Assembly (NCBI GenBank): GCA_965228485.1
Contig: OZ245819.1
Coordinates: 660,001 to 692,000, forward strand
DNA from: Candidatus Saccharimonadota bacterium
Lineage (GTDB): Bacteria > Patescibacteriota > Gracilibacteria > UBA4473
Direction of reading: 5' to 3'
Length of the DNA stretch: 32,000 nt
Part shown: positions 8,644 to 17,668 of the stretch, one piece after another
Layout: every line of letters begins with the position of its first letter
Numbering within the stretch: the first letter of the stretch is position 1
Made by a program: the position numbers and the translations under genes
The notes under the pieces: generated by a model
The model's input: only the letters and a program-made list of their open reading frames with translations
Databases searched by the model: none
Told to the model about the DNA's origin: nothing

Positions 8644-9232
8644 ATTTATCGTCTTCACTAAAAAACTTACGAATTTCTCTTAAAGCTCTTAGTTGCAGAA
8701 TCCGTATATTACCTTCTGTTCGGTTGAGAACTTGAGCCACTTCTTTGTTAGAAAATCCTTCTAAAAATTTTAACTCCAAAACTTCTCTATGAATAGGTTT
8801 TAACCTTTTCAAAGATGCATGAAGTTTTTCGTATTGAAAATGATTATGAACTTCTTCATCAGGCAACAAATTCATCTCATCAGGTAATGATTCCCAAAAA
8901 TCTTCAAACTCACTATCTTCTTCATTTCCAATTCCTAAAATTTCTTTCTTCTTTCGGTAATGGTCAATAACTGTATTGTGAGCAATTTTATAAATCCAAG
9001 CAGAAAAGCTCACTTTTGGCTGTGGCTGATATTTCTTCAAATTTTGAACGACCTTTAAAAACACATCTCCTACTACATCTTCACATACCTCTGAATCTAC
9101 TCGAAAAGACACATAACGAAATATTCTATCAAAATACCAGTCAAATAACTGAGTGAAACTAGCCTGATCTCCGTTCTGCGCTTTTTGCACAACAGATTCA
9201 ACAACTTCTGGAGAAAGATGTTCCTCACTCAT
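8642..9232 (-). CDS. RNA polymerase sigma-70 family factor, ECF-type (group 4)
   Basis: Region 2-like RIFRYVSFRV...AWIYKIAHNTVIDHYRK and region 4 HTH FSNKEVAQVLNRTEGNIRILQLRALREIRK. 196 aa. TAA stop. Confidence 0.8.
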   Translation of the reverse strand: MSEEHLSPEVVESVVQKAQNGDQASFTQLFDWYFDRIFRYVSFRVDSEVCEDVVGDVFLKVVQNLKKYQPQPKVSFSAWIYKIAHNTVIDHYRKKKEILGIGNEEDSEFEDFWESLPDEMNLLPDEEVHNHFQYEKLHASLKRLKPIHREVLELKFLEGFSNKEVAQVLNRTEGNIRILQLRALREIRKFFSEDDK

Positions 9233-9238
9233 GAGTTA

Positions 9239-9244
9239 ATTATA
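9239..9244 (-). promoter_or_regulatory. Perfect TATAAT box 6 nt upstream of the sigma-factor ATG (candidate leaderless transcript)
   Basis: Minus strand reads ...catttctcTATAATtaactcATG. No good -35 at 16-18 nt (TTGCTT at 14 nt). Confidence 0.35.
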
Positions 9245-9273
9245 GAGAAATGTACTTGAAGCAAAACGATAAT

Positions 9274-9717
9274 TTATGATTTCTGCGACAAGTAGTATTC
9301 CAAAATGTTAACCGCCGCAAGATCATCTACTCTATCTGTTCTATTATTTATTGTTTTTTGGGAAGAATAACGCTCATTAACAAAATCTATTTCTAGGCTA
9401 AAAATATCTACCAATTCTTTCGAAACTGATCGAATTTTTTTACAGATATGATTTTCTTCCCCCTTAATTCCTATAGGTAATCCCAGCACTAATAAATCAA
9501 CTTTCTTGGTTTTTAAAATGTCATCAATTTCACTGATGAGATTCCCTGTTTTGATGACTTTATAAGGAAGAACTGTAACTCCATCGACAGCATAGGCAAA
9601 ACCACAAAATTTCTCACCATAATCAAGCCCTAAAAGAGATTTTCCTGACAAGGGAGTAACACCAAACTCGTTTCTAGCCTGTAAATCCAAGAGGTCTCTT
9701 TGAGAAATTTTTTTCAT
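9274..9717 (-). CDS. ruvX: Holliday junction resolvase-like / pre-16S rRNA nuclease YqgF
   Basis: LLGLDYGEKFCGFAY (catalytic GxD motif) and DLLVLGLPIGIKGEE. 147 aa. Confidence 0.8.
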   Translation of the reverse strand: MKKISQRDLLDLQARNEFGVTPLSGKSLLGLDYGEKFCGFAYAVDGVTVLPYKVIKTGNLISEIDDILKTKKVDLLVLGLPIGIKGEENHICKKIRSVSKELVDIFSLEIDFVNERYSSQKTINNRTDRVDDLAAVNILEYYLSQKS

Positions 9718-9763
9718 TTATAAATTTTAAACTATAATCGATCTAAACTTACCTCTAATATAA

Positions 9764-10318
9764 ATGAAAATATTCAAAAAAGCGAAATCGAAACAAAGCC
9801 ACCTTCTTCTTGGTGTGGCCGCTATCATATTTGGAGTTAGTGCTCTCGCTTGCATCGGAAGCTATGTCCGAATGCAATATGCAACCACTATCGGATTAGG
9901 AGAAACCTACTTTGTTGATAGTGGAAAAGTCTACTACTACGATCAATGGATTTACGCTGCAGATCCGTCAAGTTTTCAGCTTTTAGGCTATGGATTTGCA
10001 AAAGACAATAAGAATATTTTTTATGATGGAAGAACCGTTGAAGGGGCTCACTATAAATCTTTCACCATTCTTTCTTATGGAATGGCTCAAGATAAAAACC
10101 AAGTATGGATTTTTGATAAACCAACAGGCATAACAACCGATAAAGAAATTATTCCTTTAGGAAATCTTTATTTCCAAAAAGGCAATAAGATTTTCTACCA
10201 AGGAACTAAAGTTGAAGAAGCAGATGCAGCAACTTTTGCAGCCATGACTGTCGACCATATGGCAAGTGATAAAAATGCTATTTACTATCGAGGTAAAAAG
10301 GCTGAACTAGAAAGGTAA
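9764..10318 (+). CDS. DKNYY-repeat family protein with N-terminal membrane anchor
   Basis: Repeated DNKNIFYDG / DKNQVWIF / GNKIFYQG / DKNAIYYRG motifs with ADxxSF spacers. N-terminal hydrophobic LLLGVAAIIFGVSALACIG. Confidence 0.6.
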   Translation: MKIFKKAKSKQSHLLLGVAAIIFGVSALACIGSYVRMQYATTIGLGETYFVDSGKVYYYDQWIYAADPSSFQLLGYGFAKDNKNIFYDGRTVEGAHYKSFTILSYGMAQDKNQVWIFDKPTGITTDKEIIPLGNLYFQKGNKIFYQGTKVEEADAATFAAMTVDHMASDKNAIYYRGKKAELER

Positions 10319-10323
10319 TAAGT

Positions 10324-12039
10324 TTAATTCTTTCCGCCGATTAACCAGTGTAGAAACTCTACAACCAACCATTTACCTTCAGCAAAATCCCAATCAAATT
10401 CTGTCTCAAAATGCCATAAATGAGCGACAGCAAATCTATGGGAAAGGCTTCTAATACCAGACCAATCTTCCAACCCTCCTTTAAGGTGGATTGACTGCAA
10501 AGCCTGGTAAGCCGGAGTCCCTAAAAATAAAGCTGGATTTAGATCATCAATCTTATCCTGTAGGGTCTGATAGTCTTGATAAGAACCCGTAAACCGTATT
10601 TCATCAATCATAAAATCAACATCATCTCGAGTAAAATTTGAAAGATTTAGCAGATCCGATTGTGACGAATGCCAAACGGATAATACATCAAAATTATCAG
10701 AGAAATTTTGACCAAATAGAACCATATCATAATCACGATTATGTAAAGCTTGGGCAAATTCTTCTGGAGGTAAAACGATCAAATCAATCTCAATATAGAG
10801 TTCGTCTTCCCAAGCATTAACCAATTTTTGAGCAAAGCGAGAATATACCGCTGGAACAGTTGATGTTAAAAGCTTTAATCTTACGGTTTCCCCTTCTTTC
10901 CCCTCTGTTCGAGCTTCTTTTTCCTTATTATAGGGGAATCCATTATCTCTTAATTGTATCCGTGCTTGAGTGTAATCCAAAAGTGGCTCATAGACCGTGA
11001 CATTTTCAATAAAAAACGGGGATTTTAGGGGCTTCCAATCTCCTTCTAAGATCTTATCACGATCAAAGGCCATTGAAAGAGCCTTTCTAAAAGTTGGAAG
11101 ACGAACAATAGAACGATCTAAGTTGAAAAAGACTCCAGAGAATCGTGGTAAAACGTAGTTTATACGCTGGTATTCAGCGTATAAATTAGGCTCTATTTGA
11201 TCTATTAACTGTTGAGACAAACGAGAAAAACTTGTTGGCCATCGATGATCATAAACTAACCGTTCTGGTGACTCATAAGCATAAAGCACTACCTGTTCCA
11301 CATAAGGTTCACCACGATGATAATTATGATTTTTATCTAGAAAAACACGATATAACCCTTCATCTTCAGGAATAATATTTTTTAGCTTAAAGGGACCAGC
11401 GCCTATAGGCCTTCTATTAAATGGATAATCAGGATCTAAAACCTCTTCAATCAAAGTGTTTTCAAAAGCCGATTGAGGCAAAATAGGTATGGTAAGCAAG
11501 CTTTTGAAAAAAACATTTTGCTCTGGAAGACGAAAGCTAATAGTTCTATCGTCCACTACATTGATTTCAATATACTCAAAAGCTTGGTAAAGATCGTTGT
11601 TTCCCAATCCTGGGTTTTTTAATAGTGTTGAATAAGTGAACAATACGTCCGCAATATCTAAATCCTTACCATCAGAGAATTTTAGATCTTCTTTTAATGT
11701 TACTTCATAAAGTTTTCCATTCTCAGAAACCGTTAAGTTTCCCAGCGCATCTTCAATTTCTTTTGTTATAGGGTTGTACTTCAATAAACCCTCAAAAATA
11801 AGAGCCTGTACGTCCTTATCAAAAAATGAGCTACTTGGTGCTAATGGATTAAGATTCTGCACCGTTCCTACGGTTGCTTCTGTGTAAATTCCCCCAGATT
11901 TTGGCACTTCTTTAGAATTATCTAAAAAGAACTCATTCCAAAGAACTTTCAAAATCACCAAAAGTGAAATCAACACCAAAACCCCTAAGGTTCTCCAGCG
12001 CGTCTTGGGGTTTTGCCACCAGCGCCTTTGACGTCTCAT
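10324..12039 (-). CDS. ABC-type substrate-binding protein, family 5 (peptide/nickel, OppA/DppA-like), membrane-anchored
   Basis: KFSDGKDLDIADVLFTYSTL and GAGPFKLK resemble SBP_bac_5 signatures. 571 aa. N-terminal basic region plus TM segment (RTLGVLVLISLLVILKVLW). Confidence 0.65.
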   Translation of the reverse strand: MRRQRRWWQNPKTRWRTLGVLVLISLLVILKVLWNEFFLDNSKEVPKSGGIYTEATVGTVQNLNPLAPSSSFFDKDVQALIFEGLLKYNPITKEIEDALGNLTVSENGKLYEVTLKEDLKFSDGKDLDIADVLFTYSTLLKNPGLGNNDLYQAFEYIEINVVDDRTISFRLPEQNVFFKSLLTIPILPQSAFENTLIEEVLDPDYPFNRRPIGAGPFKLKNIIPEDEGLYRVFLDKNHNYHRGEPYVEQVVLYAYESPERLVYDHRWPTSFSRLSQQLIDQIEPNLYAEYQRINYVLPRFSGVFFNLDRSIVRLPTFRKALSMAFDRDKILEGDWKPLKSPFFIENVTVYEPLLDYTQARIQLRDNGFPYNKEKEARTEGKEGETVRLKLLTSTVPAVYSRFAQKLVNAWEDELYIEIDLIVLPPEEFAQALHNRDYDMVLFGQNFSDNFDVLSVWHSSQSDLLNLSNFTRDDVDFMIDEIRFTGSYQDYQTLQDKIDDLNPALFLGTPAYQALQSIHLKGGLEDWSGIRSLSHRFAVAHLWHFETEFDWDFAEGKWLVVEFLHWLIGGKN

Positions 12040-12051
12040 TTAAGGGAAAAA

Positions 12052-12264
12052 CTAAAAAATCATAGCATAAATTCCAGCCCCAGCAAAAGCTAAAGATAAA
12101 GCAATTGTTGCATTGTGCAAAAACTTATCTGCTCCACGACGAGTCTGAACAAGCTCATCCCCACTATCGGCTCCCATCATAGAACCAAGTGATGAACTTT
12201 TTTGTTGTAGTAGAATCACCACTATGAGTAGAACCGAAACGGCCGTAAAGAATATATTAAACAT
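12052..12264 (-). CDS. secG: Preprotein translocase subunit SecG
   Basis: 70 aa with two hydrophobic helices flanking LLQQKSSSLGSMMGADSG, the typical SecG loop. TAG stop 12 nt before the SBP start. Confidence 0.75.
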   Translation of the reverse strand: MFNIFFTAVSVLLIVVILLQQKSSSLGSMMGADSGDELVQTRRGADKFLHNATIALSLAFAGAGIYAMIF

Positions 12265-12316
12265 TCAATTGAATTAAAACGAAGCGATTGTAGAAATTTT
12301 ATATGCCTTGGCAAAT

Positions 12317-12697
12317 TTATTCCACCCAGTGGATAATAGTATTCGTAATCCCTAAAGCAATGCCAATAATTAAATACATCAATAAACCATCGACTTCTAC
12401 CTGGGTGTTGTTTATTTCTGTAAAGTGTACAACCTGCTGAACTCCCCACAAAATAACTCCATTAAGCGCTAAACCAGCAAGCCCCAAAGTAAAGAACTGA
12501 ACTGGCAACATTAAAATCTTTAACAAAGGCTTTATAAAGGTATTCAAAACACCAAAGACAAAAGCCACTAGTCCATAACTCATCCACACCGAATCTCCAG
12601 TAATATTGAAGAAATCTTCAAATAGATAGTGATCAAATGCCCACAGCACTCCTGCTGTTGTGGTCACATGCAATAGAATCTTGATAATAAAACCCAT
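12317..12697 (-). CDS. Four-TM membrane protein, DUF360 / phage holin family IV-like
   Basis: LNTFIKPLLKILMLPVQFFTLGLAGLALNGVILWGV matches the N-x-irP-l-lP-TLGLf-NA pattern of the family. 126 aa. Confidence 0.55.
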   Translation of the reverse strand: MGFIIKILLHVTTTAGVLWAFDHYLFEDFFNITGDSVWMSYGLVAFVFGVLNTFIKPLLKILMLPVQFFTLGLAGLALNGVILWGVQQVVHFTEINNTQVEVDGLLMYLIIGIALGITNTIIHWVE

Positions 12698-12799
12698 ATA
12701 CCACTATTTTTACTGATAAGAGACTGAAGTCAAGTTTGATAATTATTTGGAAAAATACGAGAAATTAATTAAATTAATCTCAAATTTAAAAAATAAAGC

Positions 12800-13699
12800 A
12801 TGAACTTTGGTCCATATGTTTGGCGGAATGGGAACTTTGTAAAAGAAGATGAGGCAAATATATCTGTCGTTAATCATGTTCTTCACTATGGAAGTGGAGT
12901 TTTTGAAGGGATTCGTTGCTACGAAACTGCTAACGGGACCGCTATCTTTCGACTAAAAGAGCATATGGAAAGGCTTCATTATTCAGCCAGTACTCTTGAA
13001 CTCGAGATTCCATACTCAGTTCAAGACCTCTGCGAAGCCAATCTAGAACTTTTGAGAAAAAATAATCTTAAATCTGGATATATACGCCCTGTAGCATGTT
13101 TCGGAGAAGGAAAAATGGGGCTGAATCCGCACGGTGCTGAAATTGATACCTTCATCGCTGCCTGGCCTTGGGGAAAATATCTTTCGGACGACCCTATCAC
13201 GGTAGGAATCTCTCCATGGATTAGAATTCATCCAAAATCACTCCAAGCAGATGCAAAAATTAACGGACACTATGTAAATTCTATTATGTCTTCTCAATGG
13301 GCTCATAATAACGACTATCAAGAAGCTTTATTACTCGACTACGAAGGAAATCTCGCTGAAGGACCGGGAGAGAATCTTTTTATCATCAAAAATAATACGC
13401 TCTACACTCCAAAACTTGGAACAATCCTTAACGGAATCACCCGAGACACCATTATTAAACTAGCTAAAGAGGAACTTGGAATTGAAACTCAAGAAGGAGT
13501 ATTTGCTCCAGAAGAATTAAAAAATGCAGATGAAGCCTTCTTCACAGGGACGGCCGCGGAGGTAACCATTATTAAATCAGTTGATGGACAACAAATTGGA
13601 GACCAATCAAACACCATTTCAAATCAATTAAAACAGCTTTATGCAGATGTAGTAGAAGGACGAGTTGAAAAATATCACCACTGGCTCAGCTGGACCTAA
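12800..13699 (+). CDS. ilvE: Branched-chain amino acid aminotransferase (class IV)
   Basis: HVLHYGSGVFEGIRCY...FRLKEHMERLHYSA...KSGYIRP...AAWPWGKYL is near-collinear with E. coli IlvE. 299 aa. Confidence 0.9.
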   Translation: MNFGPYVWRNGNFVKEDEANISVVNHVLHYGSGVFEGIRCYETANGTAIFRLKEHMERLHYSASTLELEIPYSVQDLCEANLELLRKNNLKSGYIRPVACFGEGKMGLNPHGAEIDTFIAAWPWGKYLSDDPITVGISPWIRIHPKSLQADAKINGHYVNSIMSSQWAHNNDYQEALLLDYEGNLAEGPGENLFIIKNNTLYTPKLGTILNGITRDTIIKLAKEELGIETQEGVFAPEELKNADEAFFTGTAAEVTIIKSVDGQQIGDQSNTISNQLKQLYADVVEGRVEKYHHWLSWT

Positions 13700-13702
13700 G
13701 AA

Positions 13703-13882
13703 TTAAACGGTATAGCCTTTACCATCTAATTCACCAATGGTTTTCCTTGCTTGTTCTGCGACTTCGTCTACGGCATCATGAAGCATTTCATCAGGATCTT
13801 GCTCTGACGACCTTTCCCATCCCTCTCCAAGAACAGCCTCAACAGAAGGCCCTATGAAATCAGTCTTTTCTTTTTCCCACAT
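13703..13882 (-). CDS. Small acidic hypothetical protein (59 aa), below the ORF-track cutoff
   Basis: ATG at 13882 to TAA at 13703-13705: MWEKEKTDFIGPSVEAVLGEGWERSSEQDPDEMLHDAVDEVAEQARKTIGELDGKGYTV. It is the only long open frame in a 256-nt gap that is more GC-rich than true intergenic DNA here. Same strand as ychF and downstream of it. Confidence 0.4.
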   Translation of the reverse strand: MWEKEKTDFIGPSVEAVLGEGWERSSEQDPDEMLHDAVDEVAEQARKTIGELDGKGYTV

Positions 13883-13955
13883 AAAAAAATAAAGATTAAT
13901 TATGATTCTTTATATCAAAAAAAGACAATATTTACAAACTTCCGAGAAACTATCA

Positions 13956-15050
13956 CTAGTTGTTAAATTTGAAGTGCATCACATCTCCATCTTGAACGAT
14001 ATAGTCTTTTCCTTCGAGCCTCATTTTACCAGCATCTTTTGCTCCCGCTTCTCCTCCATTATCTATAAAATCTTGATAAGCAATAACATCTGCCTTAATG
14101 AAACCTTTTTCAAAATCGGTATGAATCGCCCCTGCAGCTCTTGGAGCCGTATCGCCTTTTTTGATAGTCCAGGCTCGCACTTCTTTTACCCCTGCCGTAA
14201 AATAACTCTGTAAACCAAGCAAATCAAAACTAGCTCGGATTAAATTCTCTAACCCAGAATGCTTCGCTCCAATTTCAGCTAAAAATTCACGTGCTTCTTC
14301 GTCCGTTAAACTTGCAAGTTCAGCTTCAATTTGAGCACAGATTGGTACTACTGGAACGCCCTTTGGGGCATTTACTTTGGCAGCAAAAGCTTTAGCATCA
14401 AAATTTGGGAATTTATCTTCTGAAGTATTGGCCACAATCAAAAACTTTTTTTGAGTGAGCAGTTGATATTGTTTTGCCAGCAAAGTTTCTTCTTCATTAA
14501 GTTCGACCGTATTTGCCAGGTCACCTGCTTCTAACACCGTCTTAAACTTAAGCATAAGATCTAAATCTTCTTTAGCCTCCTTATCCCCTGTTTTAGCTTT
14601 TCGCTCAACTCTCTCTACTTGACGCTGAATAGATTCGAGATCTGCTAAAATCAACTCTGTTAGGATAACCGAAAAGTCCTGCCCCGGATCAACCTTTCCA
14701 GCTACATGGTGAATATCGCTGCTTTCAAAATCTCTTAATACATGAGCAATAGCATTACACTCTCGGATATGACTCAAAAATTTATTTCCTAAACCTTCTC
14801 CTTTACTCGCCCCTTCCACCAATCCTGCAATGTCTACAAATTCAACCGTTGAATGCATTATTCTCTCCGGACTTACCAATTTAGCTAATTTTTCTAAACG
14901 TCCATCGGGCACCTCTACAATTCCAACATTTGGATCAATAGTACAGAAAGGAAAGTTTGCTGCTTCGGCTTTAGCGGACTTAGTTAAAGCATTAAATAGG
15001 GTAGATTTTCCAACATTTGGGAGGCCGACAATTCCAATTTTAAGATTCAT
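13956..15050 (-). CDS. ychF: Ribosome-binding / redox-regulated ATPase YchF
   Basis: MNLKIGIVGLPNVGKSTLFNALT (G1), DIAGLV (G3), and the TGS-like C-terminus ending DGDVMHFKFNN. 364 aa. TAG stop. Confidence 0.93.
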   Translation of the reverse strand: MNLKIGIVGLPNVGKSTLFNALTKSAKAEAANFPFCTIDPNVGIVEVPDGRLEKLAKLVSPERIMHSTVEFVDIAGLVEGASKGEGLGNKFLSHIRECNAIAHVLRDFESSDIHHVAGKVDPGQDFSVILTELILADLESIQRQVERVERKAKTGDKEAKEDLDLMLKFKTVLEAGDLANTVELNEEETLLAKQYQLLTQKKFLIVANTSEDKFPNFDAKAFAAKVNAPKGVPVVPICAQIEAELASLTDEEAREFLAEIGAKHSGLENLIRASFDLLGLQSYFTAGVKEVRAWTIKKGDTAPRAAGAIHTDFEKGFIKADVIAYQDFIDNGGEAGAKDAGKMRLEGKDYIVQDGDVMHFKFNN

Positions 15051-15129
15051 GTTGTCAGCATTGTGTATACATTTGTGTAAATTTCAATGAAATTAATTGG
15101 TAGACGGTAAATTCTCTCTCAGAAAAAAT

Positions 15130-15157
15130 TTGACAAACCCTTTATCAAACCTATCAT
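15130..15157 (+). promoter_or_regulatory. Promoter of rpsU (TTGACA-16-TATCAT)
   Basis: Perfect -35 at 15130-15135, 16-nt spacer, TATCAT at 15152-15157, 23 nt before the ATG at 15181. Confidence 0.5.
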
Positions 15158-15180
15158 CGGCCCACTTAAATTACTTATTT

Positions 15181-15390
15181 ATGACAGTAAAAGTTACACG
15201 AAGAGACGGTGAATCAGGAGAAAGACTTCTCAAAAGATTTAGCGGTCATATCAAATCAACACGGCTTATCCAACAATTTAGAGGGATTCGATACTGGAAA
15301 CAAAAGCCTACTCAAACGAAACAACGAGCTTCTGCTATTTCTCGAGAAAAATACCGAGCAGCAGCAAAAAAACGACAATTTCTTGGATAA
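15181..15390 (+). CDS. rpsU: 30S ribosomal protein bS21
   Basis: MTVKVTRRDGESGERLLKRFSGHIKSTRLIQQFRGIRYWKQKPTQTKQRA... is a typical basic S21 of 69 aa. The upstream extension in the track (from 15097) is unlikely because it would cover the promoter. Confidence 0.85.
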   Translation: MTVKVTRRDGESGERLLKRFSGHIKSTRLIQQFRGIRYWKQKPTQTKQRASAISREKYRAAAKKRQFLG

Positions 15391-15418
15391 GAAGTCTATA
15401 AAACGAAAATTTTTCAGA

Positions 15419-15445
15419 GAACCGATAGTTATCGGTTCTTTTTTT
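15419..15445 (+). terminator. Rho-independent terminator after rpsU
   Basis: gaaccgat-agtt-atcggttc followed by seven T. Confidence 0.8.
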
Positions 15446-15482
15446 ATCGTTATTATTTCAAGCTTCATCTATACTTAATAAG

Positions 15483-16361
15483 ATGAATATAGAATCAGCG
15501 ATCATCTTTGGAACTCAACAATTAAAAGCGCTTCCAAATGGCAAATTAGAAGCCGAGGTTTTATTGTCCGCCGTTCTAAAGAAAGATCGTATTTATTTAA
15601 AAACTAACACTAAGAAAAATTTATTTTTTTGGCAGGTAAATACCTTTAAAAAATATCTAAAAAAACGAAGTAAACATATCCCAACCGCTTACATCCTCGG
15701 ACATAAAGATTGGTATGATTTAAGAATACAGGTTAGTCGACACACTTTAATTCCCCGAGATGAAACCGAAATACTCTGTGACCACATACTCAAAAGCCTG
15801 GGAGATATCCAGGAAACCCATATAGGGGGAAATAACATTAAAACCTTGGCAGACCTAAAGATATCGCACCACTTAAAATCAATCTTGGATGTCGGAACTG
15901 GCAGTGGTTGTATTGCTATTCTTATGAAAAAATTCTTTCCGATGGCAAAGGTACAAGCTGTAGATATTTCATCAAAAGCTCTTAAAATGGCTCAAAAGAA
16001 TGCAGCTGAACATAATGCGGCTATTGATTTTTCCAAATCAGACCTGCTCGAAAACATTAAATATGGGAGTATTATTGATCTTATTATTGCAAACCTTCCC
16101 TATATTCCAGAGAATATGGTCCTTGCCGAAGAAGTTAATAAAGAACCTAGATCAGCACTATTCTCAGGCAAAGATGGATTGGATCATATTCGAAAACTGG
16201 CCAACCAGCTTAAAGAAAAAAATATTATGTTTGGAGCTTTATGGTTAGAATTTCTTCCACAGCAAAAAGACGAAATTCAGCATATATTTTTAGGTCACTC
16301 CATACAATTTTTCCCCGATGCAGGAGGCGATATATTCTTCGCCCAAATCAAACCCTTCTAA
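15483..16361 (+). CDS. prmC: Release-factor glutamine N5-methyltransferase PrmC (HemK)
   Basis: SAM-binding motif ILDVGTGSGCIAI, and a catalytic motif at the NPPY position that reads IIANLPYIPE. 292 aa. Confidence 0.8.
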   Translation: MNIESAIIFGTQQLKALPNGKLEAEVLLSAVLKKDRIYLKTNTKKNLFFWQVNTFKKYLKKRSKHIPTAYILGHKDWYDLRIQVSRHTLIPRDETEILCDHILKSLGDIQETHIGGNNIKTLADLKISHHLKSILDVGTGSGCIAILMKKFFPMAKVQAVDISSKALKMAQKNAAEHNAAIDFSKSDLLENIKYGSIIDLIIANLPYIPENMVLAEEVNKEPRSALFSGKDGLDHIRKLANQLKEKNIMFGALWLEFLPQQKDEIQHIFLGHSIQFFPDAGGDIFFAQIKPF

Positions 16362-17569
16362 TCCTCTCTGTGGGCATACTCTTCGACAAATATTGCCACA
16401 GATGCAGCAAAGGGTACTGCAAATATCATCCCTAAAATAACCATCGGCACTCCCCCGATTGAAGCACCTAAAATACCTCCAATAGATACCGCAAGAATAA
16501 CAACGACTGAAGAAAGTCCCGTTACCTTTTCCATTACCAATGGGACTAAAAAGTTCCCCTCTAAAAATTGAGCCAAGGCCATCCAAGCAAGTACCGCTAT
16601 AACCAAGAACCAAGAAATATTTATTGCAATTAAGACACATAAAAGGCCGGTAATAAATACTCCAATATAAGGGAATATTTCCATCACTCCAGCAATAAGT
16701 CCGATTGTTGCGGCATACTTCATACCAAAGAAGATTTCAAGAATCTTCATTCCCGTATACATAAAGGCCCCCATGCAAAACATAAGAATAAATTGGCCTC
16801 GAAACCATTGAGCCATTTTTGTTTGTACCGCTGTAAACTTCGTCGCAATATAGGCACGACTCTTACCAGGAAACATAAGCAGAGAAAACTGACCAATTTT
16901 TTCTCTCTCCATAAGCATGAAAAAGAGTAATACCGCTGCAAAAATAAAGTTAAATACTCCCTGGAACACACCACTTAGAATTACAAAAGTTGATCCCGCA
17001 ATACTCTGAAGATTTCCAGCCACCGTGGATAAATTCTCCGACATAAAAGACTGAATTTGTTGTGGATCAAAATTTGCGGTTTCAAAAAGCTGAGGAATTA
17101 TTGGGAGTTCGGCAAAATGTCCCTCAGTAATAAAAGCTCTCATATCATAAGCAATATCCTGCAACTGTTCAGCAATAATTGGTAAGGCCTTTAAAAACAA
17201 AAGTCCTAGAACTCCAAAAAACACCGCATACAAGATTAAAATCGCTAATGGTCTTGGAATATGATAAGACTCTATTTTATCCAAAATAGGCGAAAGTCCA
17301 ATCGCCAAGAAAAGACAAAATCCTGTAATAATAAGTACAGACTGAATCTCAATAATGATGTTTTTTAACCCCATAAAGAGGAAAAATACCAAAAGCACTT
17401 TGATAACCGTAGTGGTAGAAATTTCTAATTGTACCACTTCTTTTTTGCTCTTTGGGGCTTTTACACCACTCACTTTTTTAGGTTTCTTGTTTTTATTTTC
17501 TAAATAGGTTTCTCGAATGGCCTTCAGCTCTGTAAGTTTTGCCGATAAACGGTTAAAAGCATTTTTCAT
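16358..17569 (-). CDS. AI-2E family (PerM/UPF0118) membrane transporter
   Basis: About 8 TM helices with a Lys-rich N-terminal tail. The C-terminal VPLVMEKVTGLSSVVVILAVSIGGILGASIGGVPMVILGMIFAVPFAA fits the family signature. I prefer the ATG at 17569 over the TTG at 17587 used by the track. Confidence 0.7.
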   Translation of the reverse strand: MKNAFNRLSAKLTELKAIRETYLENKNKKPKKVSGVKAPKSKKEVVQLEISTTTVIKVLLVFFLFMGLKNIIIEIQSVLIITGFCLFLAIGLSPILDKIESYHIPRPLAILILYAVFFGVLGLLFLKALPIIAEQLQDIAYDMRAFITEGHFAELPIIPQLFETANFDPQQIQSFMSENLSTVAGNLQSIAGSTFVILSGVFQGVFNFIFAAVLLFFMLMEREKIGQFSLLMFPGKSRAYIATKFTAVQTKMAQWFRGQFILMFCMGAFMYTGMKILEIFFGMKYAATIGLIAGVMEIFPYIGVFITGLLCVLIAINISWFLVIAVLAWMALAQFLEGNFLVPLVMEKVTGLSSVVVILAVSIGGILGASIGGVPMVILGMIFAVPFAASVAIFVEEYAHRED

Positions 17570-17576
17570 CGCGCAT

Positions 17577-17606
17577 AGTGTACTCAAAAAAACGCCCTTA
17601 AGACAA
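17577..17606 (-). promoter_or_regulatory. Candidate promoter of the AI-2E gene (TTGTCT-18-TACACT), 7 nt from the ATG
   Basis: Minus strand reads TTGTCTtaagggcgtttttttgagTACACTatgcgcgATG. Confidence 0.3.
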
Positions 17607-17614
17607 GTCTATGC

Positions 17615-17644
17615 ACAAAAAAACCTCCTGTAATAGGAGGTTTT
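17615..17644 (-). terminator. Rho-independent terminator after rpmG
   Basis: Minus strand reads aacctcct-attac-aggaggtt followed by seven T, 25 nt after the rpmG stop. Confidence 0.8.
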
Positions 17645-17668
17645 CTTAAATTCAATTTAAAATTCAGA

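Noticed and set aside
12698-12799. Search for a branched-chain-amino-acid leader peptide or T-box upstream of ilvE, by analogy with the aroG leader
   Set aside because: The 102-nt spacer has no ATG-initiated mini-ORF and no terminator-like hairpin.
13902-14213. 103-aa plus-strand ORF opposite ychF
   Set aside because: It lies entirely antisense to a highly conserved YchF coding region, and its composition is typical of a shadow frame.
15209-15478. ORFs 15209-15478 (+) and 15256-15468 (-) overlapping rpsU and its terminator
   Set aside because: They are out of frame with or antisense to a clear bS21 gene, and they run through a strong rho-independent terminator.
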